A DNA stretch of 64,000 bases from Calditrichaceae bacterium (lineage in GTDB: Bacteria > Calditrichota > Calditrichia > RBG-13-44-9 > J075). The notes under the pieces are model-generated. The model saw only the letters and a program-made list of their open reading frames with translations. It was not told the DNA's origin and ran no database searches. Below are positions 26,530-36,211 of this stretch, piece by piece. Position 1 is the stretch's first letter; every line of letters begins with the position of its first letter. The stretch is from NCBI GenBank assembly GCA_013360445.1, contig JABWBP010000005.1, forward strand, positions 20,487-84,486, written 5' to 3'. The position numbers and the translations under genes are program-made.

Positions 26530-27711
26530 TCACTTCTTATCTCTTCCTCTTCTCTCCCGCGGCAGGTAGTTGAACTTCGGCATTCGCAGGCTCCTCAACG
26601 AGCGCTCTTTCCAGGGAACGCGATTGGCGGCAACCCGCCCGGAGACCTGCCCGGCCAGCCGCAGCAGCATTCCCGCGTAGATGCAGGAGAACAGCAGCGC
26701 CGTTCCCCCGTAGCTGATAAACGGCATGGGCAGGCCGGTGGCGGGGATCAGGCGCAGGGTCACCATCATGTTAATGGTGGCGTAATACACGAAATGGGCG
26801 GTAACGCCCACCGCCAGGTACACCTCGAAACGATCCGTCGAGCGGCGGGCGATGCGAACCCCCTGCACCAGGATGACCCCGAATAGCGCGACTACCGTTA
26901 AAGCCCCGACCAGCCCCCACTCTTCCCCGATAATGGCAAAAATGAAATCGGTATGCGCCTCCGGCAAAAAGAACATTTTTTGGGTGCTCTGGGCAAACCC
27001 TACCCCGGTGATCCCGCCCTGCCCTAAGCTGACCAGGGATTGATACACCTGGTATCCCGCGCCCTGGATATCCGATTCCGGGTTGAGGAAGGAGAGCACC
27101 CGGCGCATTTTGTAGGGAGAAATCACCGCCGCCGCGGCCAGGGCCGGAATGAACATTAGCCCGGTGAGCGCCAGGTGCCACACCCGGGTGGGGGCGGCAA
27201 ACAGCATGGTGATTCCGATCAGGATGATCATGGCGGCGCTGCTGAAATTCGGCTGCAAAAGAACCAGGAACGAAAACAGCGCCACGTAGAACAGGTGCGG
27301 GAACACCCCCTGCCCGTAACTGCCCAGGATCTTTTCCTTGCGGCTCAGGGAGTCGGCGAAGAAAAGGATCAGGCTGAATTTGGCCACATCTACAGCCTGG
27401 AAATGGATCGGGCCGATATAGACCCAACGCCCCCGGTGGATAAAAGCGGTATAAATCAGCAGCGCCAGGCTGATCAATAAAAGGATCCAGGTATGCCCCT
27501 GCAATTTTTTGTAGGGCAGGCTGTAAGCCGCGGCCATGCCGATCAAGCCTAAGAACAGCCAGGTGAGGTGGCGCTTCAGAAAGTAAAAATGGTCGCCAAA
27601 ATATTGCTGGGCATAGAAGGCGCTGGCGCTATATACCATAATGATCCCCAACAGGATCAGCAAGAAAAATGCAGCTGCCAGCCAAAAATTTTGGAATCGT
27701 TTTTTCATCAT
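26530..27711 (-). CDS. ftsW: Peptidoglycan glycosyltransferase FtsW (SEDS family).
   Basis: Start MMKKRFQNFW, 10 TM helices, SEDS motifs. The track ORF extends to 28011 through low-complexity hairpin DNA. Confidence 0.9.
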   Translation of the reverse strand: MMKKRFQNFWLAAAFFLLILLGIIMVYSASAFYAQQYFGDHFYFLKRHLTWLFLGLIGMAAAYSLPYKKLQGHTWILLLISLALLIYTAFIHRGRWVYIGPIHFQAVDVAKFSLILFFADSLSRKEKILGSYGQGVFPHLFYVALFSFLVLLQPNFSSAAMIILIGITMLFAAPTRVWHLALTGLMFIPALAAAAVISPYKMRRVLSFLNPESDIQGAGYQVYQSLVSLGQGGITGVGFAQSTQKMFFLPEAHTDFIFAIIGEEWGLVGALTVVALFGVILVQGVRIARRSTDRFEVYLAVGVTAHFVYYATINMMVTLRLIPATGLPMPFISYGGTALLFSCIYAGMLLRLAGQVSGRVAANRVPWKERSLRSLRMPKFNYLPRERRGRDKK

Positions 27712-27727
27712 CTTCTTCACTGTACGG

Positions 27728-27772
27728 GAGGCGGAGCCTCCACGGTGGCGATCCGACGCAGAGCGTCGGATC
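27728..27772. repeat. Two adjacent perfect hairpins, GGAGGC-gga-GCCTCC and GATCCGACGC-agag-GCGTCGGATC, in the murD-ftsW spacer.
   Basis: 6-bp and 10-bp perfect stems seen directly. Confidence 0.55.
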
Positions 27773-27800
27773 GAGCAAAACGTAGTGGATTCTTCTACCC

Positions 27801-29207
27801 TTAAAGCACCATAAACCCGCCCTCGAGCACGTTCATCTTCTTTACCAGCTCTTTGAAACGCCGCCCCCGCTCCTCGTAATCCCGGAACATATCGAAACTG
27901 GAGCAGGCCGGGGAGAGCAGCACCACTTCGCCGGGGCGCGCCAGGGCGCGGGAGCGGCTCACCGCTTCCTCCAAACTGGCTGCCTGGTACACCGGCACGA
28001 CTCTTTCCCACGCCTCCGCCATGCGCCGGGACGCTTCCCCGATCACGATAACCGCCCGGGCGTGTTTTTTGAGCAGTTCATTGATTTCGGAGAAATCGCC
28101 TCCCTTGTCCTTTCCCCCGGCGATCAATATGATCGGTTCCCGGAAGCTCTGCAACGCATACCCCAGGGAGGCGACCGTGGTGGCTTTGGAATCGTTCACG
28201 AATTGCACCCCTTCGATGGTGCGCACCGCTTCCAAACGGTGCTCCACCCCGGGGAAATTTTCCAGCACCCCGCGGATGGCGTTCGCCGGAATTCCGTGCA
28301 ACGTTCCTAACAGGGCGGCGGCGGCCATGTTGTAGCGATTGTGCGGCCCGCGCAGCAGGGTTCGCTGCACCGGAATGTGCAGATTGAGGCGTTGCCAGCG
28401 GATTTCGATGGCATCTTTGCGCCAGAACGCCCCCGCTTGCAGCTCCCGGGAAATACTGAAGGGAATTTTTTGCGGGCGCGAAGCGGCGATGCGCCGGCTC
28501 AGAAATTCGTCGTCAGCGCAATAGATCAGAAGGTCCTCTTCTTCCATGCTGCGTAAAATTTGCAGCTTGGCCTGCACGTAGGATTCGTAATCCGGGTAAC
28601 GGTCTAAGTGATTGGGGGACAGATTCATGATCACCGCAACGCGAGGGCGGAAATTGGCGATGGTTTCCAATTGGAAGCTGCTAACTTCTAAAATAACGGC
28701 TTGCGGATCGGGCAGGCGGCGGATTTCCGCGGCCAGGGGGGAGCCGATGTTTCCCCCCACCAGCACCCGCTCGAAGCGCTGTTTGAAAATCTCCCCGGTT
28801 AATTGCGTGGTGGTGGTTTTTCCGTTGCTGCCGGTAATGGCGATGACCGGCGCGGGGCAGAACCAGGAGGAGACTTCTAACTCCCCGAGAATGGGGATGC
28901 CCCGTTCCCGCGCCCGAACCAGCGCCGGAACGGCGAGGGGAATGCCGGGGCTGATGCAGATGAGGTCGCTTTCCAGCACCCGCTCGCTGTGGCCGCCAAA
29001 CTCCACGGATACGCCGGGCAGCGCGATTTCATCCCCTGAAAACGGCGTCGCCGCGCGGGATTTTTGCTCGCTCAGCAGCACCCGGGCGCCGGCGGAAGCG
29101 AGCAATTCCGCGAGGGCGATCCCGCTGCGGGCCGCCCCTAACACCGCCACAGACGCGCCCTTCAGGCGCTGGCGGTTTTCCCGGTTATGGTGTGATATTT
29201 CGAACAT
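27801..29207 (-). CDS. murD: UDP-N-acetylmuramoylalanine--D-glutamate ligase.
   Basis: VAVLGAARSGIA Rossmann fold and GSNGKTTTT P-loop. Confidence 0.95.
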   Translation of the reverse strand: MFEISHHNRENRQRLKGASVAVLGAARSGIALAELLASAGARVLLSEQKSRAATPFSGDEIALPGVSVEFGGHSERVLESDLICISPGIPLAVPALVRARERGIPILGELEVSSWFCPAPVIAITGSNGKTTTTQLTGEIFKQRFERVLVGGNIGSPLAAEIRRLPDPQAVILEVSSFQLETIANFRPRVAVIMNLSPNHLDRYPDYESYVQAKLQILRSMEEEDLLIYCADDEFLSRRIAASRPQKIPFSISRELQAGAFWRKDAIEIRWQRLNLHIPVQRTLLRGPHNRYNMAAAALLGTLHGIPANAIRGVLENFPGVEHRLEAVRTIEGVQFVNDSKATTVASLGYALQSFREPIILIAGGKDKGGDFSEINELLKKHARAVIVIGEASRRMAEAWERVVPVYQAASLEEAVSRSRALARPGEVVLLSPACSSFDMFRDYEERGRRFKELVKKMNVLEGGFMVL

Positions 29208-29221
29208 CGCATCCTTGAAGA

Positions 29222-29336
29222 ATTGAAAAGTGCTAAATGAAAAGTGAAAATTGCGCAGGAGATTATCCCTTTCGCTCTCTTCCCTTTACACTTCACACTT
29301 TACACTTTTCATTTTGCATTTTTCACTTTGCACTTC
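29222..29336. repeat. GTGAAAA-word array followed by the TTTTCAC/ACTTTNC complement array (hairpin).
   Basis: ttgaaaagtgctaaatgaaaagtgaaaattgcgcagg ... ctttacacttcacactttacacttttcattttgcatttttcactttgcacttc. Confidence 0.6.
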
Positions 29337-30445
29337 TACCGCACTTTGAACGTCGTCAGCGTTAACATCGCCAACAGAATTCCCACGATCCAGAAGCGCA
29401 CCACCACTTTGGTCTCCGGCCAGCCTTTCAGCTCGAAATGGTGGTGCAGGGGGGCCATTTTGAAGACCCGGCGGCCCTGCCCGTAACGCTTCCGGGTGTA
29501 TTTGAAATAGCTGGTCTGGATGATCACGCTGAGCGTTTCCGCCACGAAAATCCCGCCGATCAGGATCAGGAAAATCTCCTTTTTGATGAGCACTGCCGCC
29601 GCGCCTAAAGTGCTGCCCAGGGCCAGGGAGCCGGTATCGCCCATGAACACTTCCGCAGGATGGGTATTGTACCAGAGAAATCCCGTGGCCGCGCCCACGA
29701 TGGTCATGCAATACACCGTCAACTCTCCGCTCCCGGGCAGGAAGATGATGTTCAGGTAATCGCTGAACACCGCGTTGCCGGTCACGTAGCACATTCCCGC
29801 AAAGGCCAGCATGGAAATGGCGATCAACCCGCTCGCCAGACCGTCCAGGCCGTCGGTAAGGTTTACCGCGTTGGAGGTTCCGGTGATGACGAACACGATC
29901 AATGGGATGTATAACCACCCGAACTGCATCTCCAGGTTCTTGAAAAAGGGCACGCTGGTGTTGGCGTTATAGCCCTTTTCCACGAACTCCGGGTTAAAGT
30001 AGATCAAGCTGCCGAAAAGCAGCCCTAAGACAATCTGCCCGGCCATTTTGTAGCGCCCGATCAATCCTTTTTTATATTTTTTCACCACTTTCAGGTAATC
30101 ATCGATGAAGCCGACCGCGCCCATCCAGAAGGTAGCCAGGAAGATCATGCGGATATAATAATTGCTCCATTTGGCCCACAGCAGCACGGAGATCAGCACC
30201 GCGCCTAAAATGATCAATCCCCCCATGGTGGGAGTGCCTTTCTTGGCCTGGTGAGTGGCCGGCCCGTCGTGGCGGATTTCCTCCCCGATCTGGTTTTTAT
30301 GCAGCAGGCGGATGATTTTCGGGCCGATCACAAAGCTGAACAGCAGCGCGGTGATCGCTCCCAACGCCGCCCGCACGGTGATGTAGCGGAACAGGTTGAA
30401 CCCGAAAAAATAGTCCCGGAATTCGAATAGAAAATCTGCCAGCAT
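29336..30445 (-). CDS. mraY: Phospho-N-acetylmuramoyl-pentapeptide transferase.
   Basis: TPTMGG, NAVNLTDGLDGLA, and FMGDTGSLALG motifs. Confidence 0.95.
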   Translation of the reverse strand: MLADFLFEFRDYFFGFNLFRYITVRAALGAITALLFSFVIGPKIIRLLHKNQIGEEIRHDGPATHQAKKGTPTMGGLIILGAVLISVLLWAKWSNYYIRMIFLATFWMGAVGFIDDYLKVVKKYKKGLIGRYKMAGQIVLGLLFGSLIYFNPEFVEKGYNANTSVPFFKNLEMQFGWLYIPLIVFVITGTSNAVNLTDGLDGLASGLIAISMLAFAGMCYVTGNAVFSDYLNIIFLPGSGELTVYCMTIVGAATGFLWYNTHPAEVFMGDTGSLALGSTLGAAAVLIKKEIFLILIGGIFVAETLSVIIQTSYFKYTRKRYGQGRRVFKMAPLHHHFELKGWPETKVVVRFWIVGILLAMLTLTTFKVR

Positions 30446-30461
30446 ATTTTTACCTGTTTTT

Positions 30462-30528
30462 GGGTGTTCGAGTTTTCATGTGTTCATGTTACTCGAACAC
30501 ACGAGCACTTGAACACCATAACACTCAA
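30462..30528. repeat. GTGTT-word hairpin with almost no loop.
   Basis: gggtgttcgagttttcatgtgttcatgttactcgaacacacgagcacttgaacaccataacactc. Confidence 0.6.
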
Positions 30529-31898
30529 AAAGCCTCCAAAACTTTTTCCATTTTCATCCCCCGCGACCCTTTCAGCAGCACCACGTCGTGAGGCTGCAAA
30601 ACTTGTTGTAAATGCGCGGCGATCTCTTCATGGGTTCGGTAATGGAACGCTCGCTTACCCCTGCCGGCCTTTTCTTCGAAGCCTTGCAGAATAAAACCGG
30701 AGAGCGGTCCGTAGAGCAGCGCCAGGTCCACCGGCTTCTCGGCCAGGAATTCTCCTAACCGGCGATGCTCGGTTTCGGCGAATTCGCCTAATTCTAACAT
30801 GTCTCCTAACACCGCGATCCGTTTTCCCCGCCCGTTTCGCAGTCCGGCCAGGTAGTTCAGGGCCGCGCGCATGGAATCCGGGTTGGCGTTGTAGGCGTCG
30901 TTAATGAACACGATGCCGTTTTTCTCGATGATCTCCATGCGCTGCTTTGCCGGGGCAAAATTTTCCAGCGCTTGCGCCGCCTCGCTCTCCGAAACGCCGT
31001 ACTGCAGCCCCACCGCCGCGGCTAACAGGGCGTTGAGCACCTGGTGCGTTCCGGGAACCTTCAGTTGAATGGAGACTGCGTCGTTCAGGCGGAATCTCAC
31101 CCGCCCGTAGCGGTCGATGAACTCCACCCTGCCGCGCACGTCGTTGCCGGAATTATATCCCACGGTAATCGCCTTGCGCCCGGCGCGGGGATAATTCCGC
31201 AAAAAGCGGTCTTCCATGTTCAAAAAGATGGGGGCCGAAGGCTCCAGGGCCTCGAACAGGGAAATTTTTTCCCGGTAAATGGCCTCCAGACTGCCCATGA
31301 ACCCGAGGTGCGCCTTCCCGACGTTGGTCACCAGGGCGGCGGTGGGTTTTGCCAGGCCGGCCAGCAGGGCGATCTCCCCGGGGTGATTCATGCCCATTTC
31401 CAGCACCGCCATCTCGGTCTGCTCGCCCAGTTGCAGGAGCATCAGGGGCAACCCGATGTGGTTGTTCTTGTTCCCCTGCGACTGAAAGACCCGGAAACGG
31501 GTCGCCAGCACCGCGGCGATCATCTCCCGGGTAGTGGTTTTGCCATTGGAGCCGGTGAGGCCGACCACTTCGATGTCAAATTGCCGCCGGCGCCAGGCGG
31601 CCAACTGCTGCAAAAAGTCCAGACTGTCTCCCACCACGATGAGCGGGCCTTGGGAGAACGCTTGCGCCGCGCGGTTTTTCTCCCACCATTTTTTCTCCAC
31701 CACAACGGCGGCAGCGCCCTTTTCCAGCGCCGCGGCGATATAGTCGTGCCCGTCGTGCGCCTCGCCCCGCAGGGCCAGGAACAATTCTCCCGGCTGCAAG
31801 CTGCGGCTGTCGATGGACAGGCGTCGCTCATCCGCCGCTTCCGCGTTCCCGCTCACCGATTGCAGACCGCGATATTCTTTCAAAAACTCCCCGATCAT
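30525..31898 (-). CDS. murF: UDP-N-acetylmuramoyl-tripeptide--D-alanyl-D-alanine ligase.
   Basis: LTGSNGKTTT P-loop and Mur ligase domain order. Confidence 0.9.
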   Translation of the reverse strand: MIGEFLKEYRGLQSVSGNAEAADERRLSIDSRSLQPGELFLALRGEAHDGHDYIAAALEKGAAAVVVEKKWWEKNRAAQAFSQGPLIVVGDSLDFLQQLAAWRRRQFDIEVVGLTGSNGKTTTREMIAAVLATRFRVFQSQGNKNNHIGLPLMLLQLGEQTEMAVLEMGMNHPGEIALLAGLAKPTAALVTNVGKAHLGFMGSLEAIYREKISLFEALEPSAPIFLNMEDRFLRNYPRAGRKAITVGYNSGNDVRGRVEFIDRYGRVRFRLNDAVSIQLKVPGTHQVLNALLAAAVGLQYGVSESEAAQALENFAPAKQRMEIIEKNGIVFINDAYNANPDSMRAALNYLAGLRNGRGKRIAVLGDMLELGEFAETEHRRLGEFLAEKPVDLALLYGPLSGFILQGFEEKAGRGKRAFHYRTHEEIAAHLQQVLQPHDVVLLKGSRGMKMEKVLEAF

Positions 31899-31920
31899 GG
31901 CTCACCGCGCTCAACCCGGT

Positions 31921-31944
31921 CGAAGTAATTTTTAATTGCCAATT
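31921..31944. repeat. CAATTG heptamer array (short copy).
   Basis: tttttaattgccaattgccaatta. Confidence 0.55.
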
Positions 31945-32040
31945 GCCAATTATCTCCCCCGCAGACCCTTTCCGACCCCCTCCCGAAGGCATCCCCACCG
32001 TGCGGGTTGACAGGAGAGGGTCAGAAAAGGACGGGAAGTT

Positions 32041-32094
32041 AGTGTTTGAGTGTTTTCGTAACTAAAACACCTGAACACTATAACACATGAACAC
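32041..32094. repeat. GTGTT-word array with its AACAC complement.
   Basis: agtgtttgagtgttttcgtaactaaaacacctgaacactataacacatgaacac. Confidence 0.6.
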
Positions 32095-32095
32095 T

Positions 32096-33553
32096 TTACG
32101 CCTCCTTCGCTAAAAACTGCTTCACCACCTCATGGTCGTCGAAGTGGACTTTTTTACCGGCAAATTCCTGGTAGGTCTCGTGCCCCTTTCCGGCAATCAG
32201 GATGATCTCATTCTTTCGCGCCTGCTTCAGCGCGGTTTCGATGGCGGCGCGGCGATCCGGGATCACCTGCACTTTGGCGCGGTCGTAAATGCCGCTTTGA
32301 ATCTGCTCCAAAATCTTTTCCGGATCTTCGCCGCGGGGATTGTCGTTGGTCAAAATCACCCGGTCGGCGTAATCCTCGGCGATTTTCCCCATGCGGGGGC
32401 GTTTTTCCGCGTCGCGCTCGCCCCCGCAGCCGAATACCACGGTGAGGCGGGGAGGCTTGAATTCCAACAGCGCTTCCAACATCCGCTGCAGCGCGTCCGG
32501 GGAGTGGGCGTAGTCGATATAGACCCGGTATCCCCGGGCGGAGAGATATTTCTCGCTGCGCCCGGGAACCCGGCGAAGCTTTTCGATCCCCCGGGTGATG
32601 TATTCTTCCAACAATCCTAAGGAGATCGCCGCAGTCGCGGCGGCCATCAGATTGTAAATATTGAACCGCCCTACCAGCGCGCTGCTGAAGAACATCTCCC
32701 CGGAAGGCGTCGCCAGGGTTACGAACATGCCCTCGGAAAGCAGCTGGTAGGATTTCAGCCGCACCGTCGCTTCGGGATCGGAAAACGAATAGGTAAACGC
32801 ATCGCCTTTGCTGCTTTGCAGGATGCGCCGGCTGTAAGGATCATCCAGGTTGACCACCGCGCGGTCGTTCTCCTGCAAATTGTCAAAGAGTTTTTTTTTC
32901 GCTAAGAAGTATTTCTCCATGGTTTTGTGAAAATCCAGGTGGTCATGCCCTAAATTGGTGAACACCGCCGCCCGAAAAGGCACGCCGTCGGTGCGGTGCA
33001 GCGCCAGGGCGTGGGAAGAGACCTCCATCACCACGCTCTTGTGCCCCTGGCGGTGCATATCGTAAAAGGTGCGGTGCAAATCCAGCGACTCCGGGGTGGT
33101 GCGCTCCGAAGGGGTGCGCTGCTCCCCGATAACCGTCTCCACGGTGCTGATCAACCCCGGCTTCCAGCTTGCCTCCCGCAAAATCGAGTGCAGCAGGTAG
33201 GCGGTGGTGGTTTTGCCGTTAGTGCCGGTAATTCCCACGATTTTCAATTCCTCAACCGCGTTTTCGTAAAAATTGCGGGCGATGAAGGGCAGCCAGCGCC
33301 GGGTATCCTTCACCTGCACGATCACCGCGCCTTCGATGGCGGGCATCTCTTCCACGATGAACGCCCGGCAGCCCCGCTCATACACCTGTTGAATAAAGCG
33401 ATGCCCGTCCTGCCGCAGCCCGCGAATGGCGATAAAAATATCCTCCTTTGCTACTTTGCGGGAATCGTACTGAATATCCCGCACGATGGTAGAGAGGTCT
33501 CCCCGCGCGCTGATCACCGGCAGATCTCCCATGATTTCGGAGATGCGTTTCAT
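32096..33553 (-). CDS. murE: UDP-N-acetylmuramoyl-L-alanyl-D-glutamate--2,6-diaminopimelate ligase (meso-DAP type; DNPR motif present).
   Basis: GITGTNGKTTT; the DNPR motif (TNDNPRGED) indicates DAP specificity. Confidence 0.95.
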   Translation of the reverse strand: MKRISEIMGDLPVISARGDLSTIVRDIQYDSRKVAKEDIFIAIRGLRQDGHRFIQQVYERGCRAFIVEEMPAIEGAVIVQVKDTRRWLPFIARNFYENAVEELKIVGITGTNGKTTTAYLLHSILREASWKPGLISTVETVIGEQRTPSERTTPESLDLHRTFYDMHRQGHKSVVMEVSSHALALHRTDGVPFRAAVFTNLGHDHLDFHKTMEKYFLAKKKLFDNLQENDRAVVNLDDPYSRRILQSSKGDAFTYSFSDPEATVRLKSYQLLSEGMFVTLATPSGEMFFSSALVGRFNIYNLMAAATAAISLGLLEEYITRGIEKLRRVPGRSEKYLSARGYRVYIDYAHSPDALQRMLEALLEFKPPRLTVVFGCGGERDAEKRPRMGKIAEDYADRVILTNDNPRGEDPEKILEQIQSGIYDRAKVQVIPDRRAAIETALKQARKNEIILIAGKGHETYQEFAGKKVHFDDHEVVKQFLAKEA

Positions 33554-35724
33554 GTCGGGTTACACACTAATTTTATTTTGGTGTTATGCTGCATCCTTTG
33601 CCCGGCGCCCGGCAACTGTCTTACCACCACCCCGCTGCCCTCTACCTCCACGGGTATATTCCAGGTGGAGAGCACTTGCAGCGCCTCCTTCAAGGTAAGG
33701 CCGGTTACCCGGGGCATCAGCGCGCGCCGGGGATCGCCCGCGGCATCGGTAAACAAACGCACTTTTTCCTTCCCGTTCAAGGGGGTGTATGCCGAAGGCT
33801 CCTGGCGATAGACCGTCTCCCCCTTGCCGACGATCTCGTATTCGACATCCTTCTTCTTCAGCATCCGGGAGGCTTTATTGACCGCCAGCCCCTCCAGGGC
33901 CGGCATCACATTTTTCACTTCCGGAAAATCTGCCCGGGCGTAAACCACGCTGGCAGATTTCTTCTCTTCCGGCTCCCCCGGCCGGTCCCATTGGGGCAGG
34001 TCATTTTGAGGCAGGCCGATGATCCGCTGGGCAATATTGCGAAAGGCCGGCGCCGCCACCTGGCTGCCGTAGTAACCGAGGCGCGGGTTATTGATCACCA
34101 CCAGCAGCACGAAGCGGGGCGCTTCCACGGGGAAGAATCCCACGAAGGAAGCGATGTGGCTGTTGGATGAAAAGGTATTGGTATTGCGATCCAGTCTCTG
34201 GGCGGTGCCGGTTTTACCGGCAATGCTGATGCCCTCGATGCGGGCGTTTTTCCCGGTTCCGTTTTCTACCACTCCTTGAAGGATGGTTTTCATCTGCCGG
34301 GCGGTCTCCGGGGAAACGACCTCGCGGATCGGCCGGGGGCGATACTCTTTATGTTCTTTCCCTTTAGAATCCACTACCCGGCGCACCAGGTAGGGCTGCA
34401 TCAACCGGCCGTCATTGGCGACCGCGGCGTAGGCGCTGGCAATCTGCAGGGGCGTCACCGCCACCTCGTATCCGATGCTCATAAATGAAAGGGAGTGGCG
34501 GGAGTATTCCGCCGGTTTGTGCAAAATGCCCCCGGCTTCCGCGGGCAGGTCGATGCCGGCGGGCGCCCCGAAGCCGAAATCCCGGGCGTAGCGGTAAAAT
34601 AGCGGCGCTTTGAACCGTTTGGAAAGCTTGATCACCCCGATATTGCTGGAATTTTCGAATACCTGCCGGGCGGTCAAGTTCCCGAAGCGATGGTGGTCTT
34701 TAATAACCTTTTGTGCTATGGGGTAGGAACCGTTTTCACAATAGATGATTTCGTTTTGCATATCTAAATGCAACTGTTCTAAGCACAGGGCCAGGGAAAC
34801 CATCTTGAAGGTCGAGCCAGGCTCGTACAGATCGGTGATGGCGCGGTTGAGGTAACGCTCCATGGAGTAGCGGTTGTACTCGTTGGGATTATAGCCCGGG
34901 TAGTTGGCCATTCCCAGTACTTCCCCGGTAAGCGGGTTCATTAAAATGGCCGACCCGCTGCCGGCCTGGTGGGCCTCCACCGCTTTTTTGACCTCCTCAT
35001 CCAAAATCCCCTGGTACACCACGTCGATGGTGGTTTCGAGGTGCATTCCGTTCACCGGTTCGGAGGCGGCAAAGTCCAGGTTGGGGAACTGGTTGCCCAG
35101 GGCGTCGCGCAGGTAGATCGACCAGCCGGGAGTTCCTTTGAGAAATTCGTCGTAGCCCATTTCCAGCCCGGCTTTGGCGTGGTTGTCGAAATCGCAGTAG
35201 CCGAGCAGGTGCGCCCCGGTCTGGCCGTAAGGGTAGTAGCGGCTGAATTTTTTCTCCAGGATGACTCCCTGCAGTTTGAGCGCCCGGATTTTCTCCGCCG
35301 TCTCCGGCGTCAAACGGTGCGCGAGGTACACGAACGGCTTGCTGGTTCGCACCTTTTGCAGCACGCTGTTGCGCGACTGCTGGATGAAGTCGGCAATTTT
35401 CCGGGCGTTGCTCTCCGGATTCTTCAGCAATTTGGGGCGAACCGCCAGGGAATAATAGATCAAATCCGTGGCCAACACCTGGCCGTTGCGGTCCAGGATA
35501 TTTCCCCGCTGCGCCGGCAGCACCAGGCGATTTTCCATTTGCCCTTTGGCAATTTTTTCATACTTCCCGTGGGAAAAAACCTGAATGATGGCCAGCTTGA
35601 TCACCACCAGCGACAAGCCCAATACCCAAAAAATCCCTAACACCACCAGGCGGTGATGAGGGAGCGGGGGGGAAGATTTTGGCCGGGCGGCTTTATTGAT
35701 CCGCCTGCCGGTCTTTTCCAACAT
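33550..35724 (-). CDS. ftsI: Penicillin-binding protein FtsI (class B transpeptidase) with two C-terminal PASTA domains.
   Basis: SXXK motif (GSTFK), SXN and KTG motifs. There are two C-terminal ~55-aa repeats matching the PASTA pattern (MPALEGL...LVCNPT). Confidence 0.9.
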   Translation of the reverse strand: MLEKTGRRINKAARPKSSPPLPHHRLVVLGIFWVLGLSLVVIKLAIIQVFSHGKYEKIAKGQMENRLVLPAQRGNILDRNGQVLATDLIYYSLAVRPKLLKNPESNARKIADFIQQSRNSVLQKVRTSKPFVYLAHRLTPETAEKIRALKLQGVILEKKFSRYYPYGQTGAHLLGYCDFDNHAKAGLEMGYDEFLKGTPGWSIYLRDALGNQFPNLDFAASEPVNGMHLETTIDVVYQGILDEEVKKAVEAHQAGSGSAILMNPLTGEVLGMANYPGYNPNEYNRYSMERYLNRAITDLYEPGSTFKMVSLALCLEQLHLDMQNEIIYCENGSYPIAQKVIKDHHRFGNLTARQVFENSSNIGVIKLSKRFKAPLFYRYARDFGFGAPAGIDLPAEAGGILHKPAEYSRHSLSFMSIGYEVAVTPLQIASAYAAVANDGRLMQPYLVRRVVDSKGKEHKEYRPRPIREVVSPETARQMKTILQGVVENGTGKNARIEGISIAGKTGTAQRLDRNTNTFSSNSHIASFVGFFPVEAPRFVLLVVINNPRLGYYGSQVAAPAFRNIAQRIIGLPQNDLPQWDRPGEPEEKKSASVVYARADFPEVKNVMPALEGLAVNKASRMLKKKDVEYEIVGKGETVYRQEPSAYTPLNGKEKVRLFTDAAGDPRRALMPRVTGLTLKEALQVLSTWNIPVEVEGSGVVVRQLPGAGQRMQHNTKIKLVCNPT

Positions 35725-36211
35725 AGTAGCGCCAGCTTTTTTTATCGACTTTAAAGATCAACGGTTCTTCAACTGTAGGCTTCAAGCCTAATTTTTCACC
35801 GGAGATTTGCGCCACCCGGTGATACTTGGTCAACTGGGAATTGACCTGCGCCTGGCGGCGGCTTACTTCGCTCTCCAGCCGCAGGACTTCCGATTTCAAT
35901 TTTTGAATATCCTTGTTGAACTCAACGATCTTATACTCTTTCCACTGGTAGAGTAAAAACGCCAGACTGAGCAGGATCAGCGCCAAAAAAACCGTTACCA
36001 CGTAAAGCGCCTGCTGCACCCCCTGTTTGAGATAATAAGCATTTCGCCCGGCCCGGGCGGGGGAGCGCCGCTGTTTTTCCACGGTTTTTTTCCGGGGCGG
36101 TTCCGGCCGTTTCGGCTCCCGTAGAACTTTGGATTTGCCCGGGACGGCTTTGGGCGCATTTTTAGCGCGAGGGCGTTTCACGTTACTCCTGGCCCTCCCG
36201 GTAAGGTACAA
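35693..36211 (-). CDS. ftsL: Cell division protein FtsL-like (single TM helix plus coiled coil), with a basic N-terminal extension.
   Basis: TM helix LYVVTVFLALILLSLAFLLY followed by the heptad region IQKLKSEVLRLESEVSRRQAQV. It sits between rsmH and ftsI. Confidence 0.7.
   Translation of the reverse strand: MYLTGRARSNVKRPRAKNAPKAVPGKSKVLREPKRPEPPRKKTVEKQRRSPARAGRNAYYLKQGVQQALYVVTVFLALILLSLAFLLYQWKEYKIVEFNKDIQKLKSEVLRLESEVSRRQAQVNSQLTKYHRVAQISGEKLGLKPTVEEPLIFKVDKKSWRYYVGKDRQADQ

Noticed and set aside
26771-27427. 218-aa minus-strand ORF inside ftsW, and the ftsW N-terminal extension to 28011.
   Set aside because: It is an off-frame read of ftsW. The extension upstream of MMKKRF is translated hairpin/spacer DNA (RSASDRHRGG...), not FtsW.
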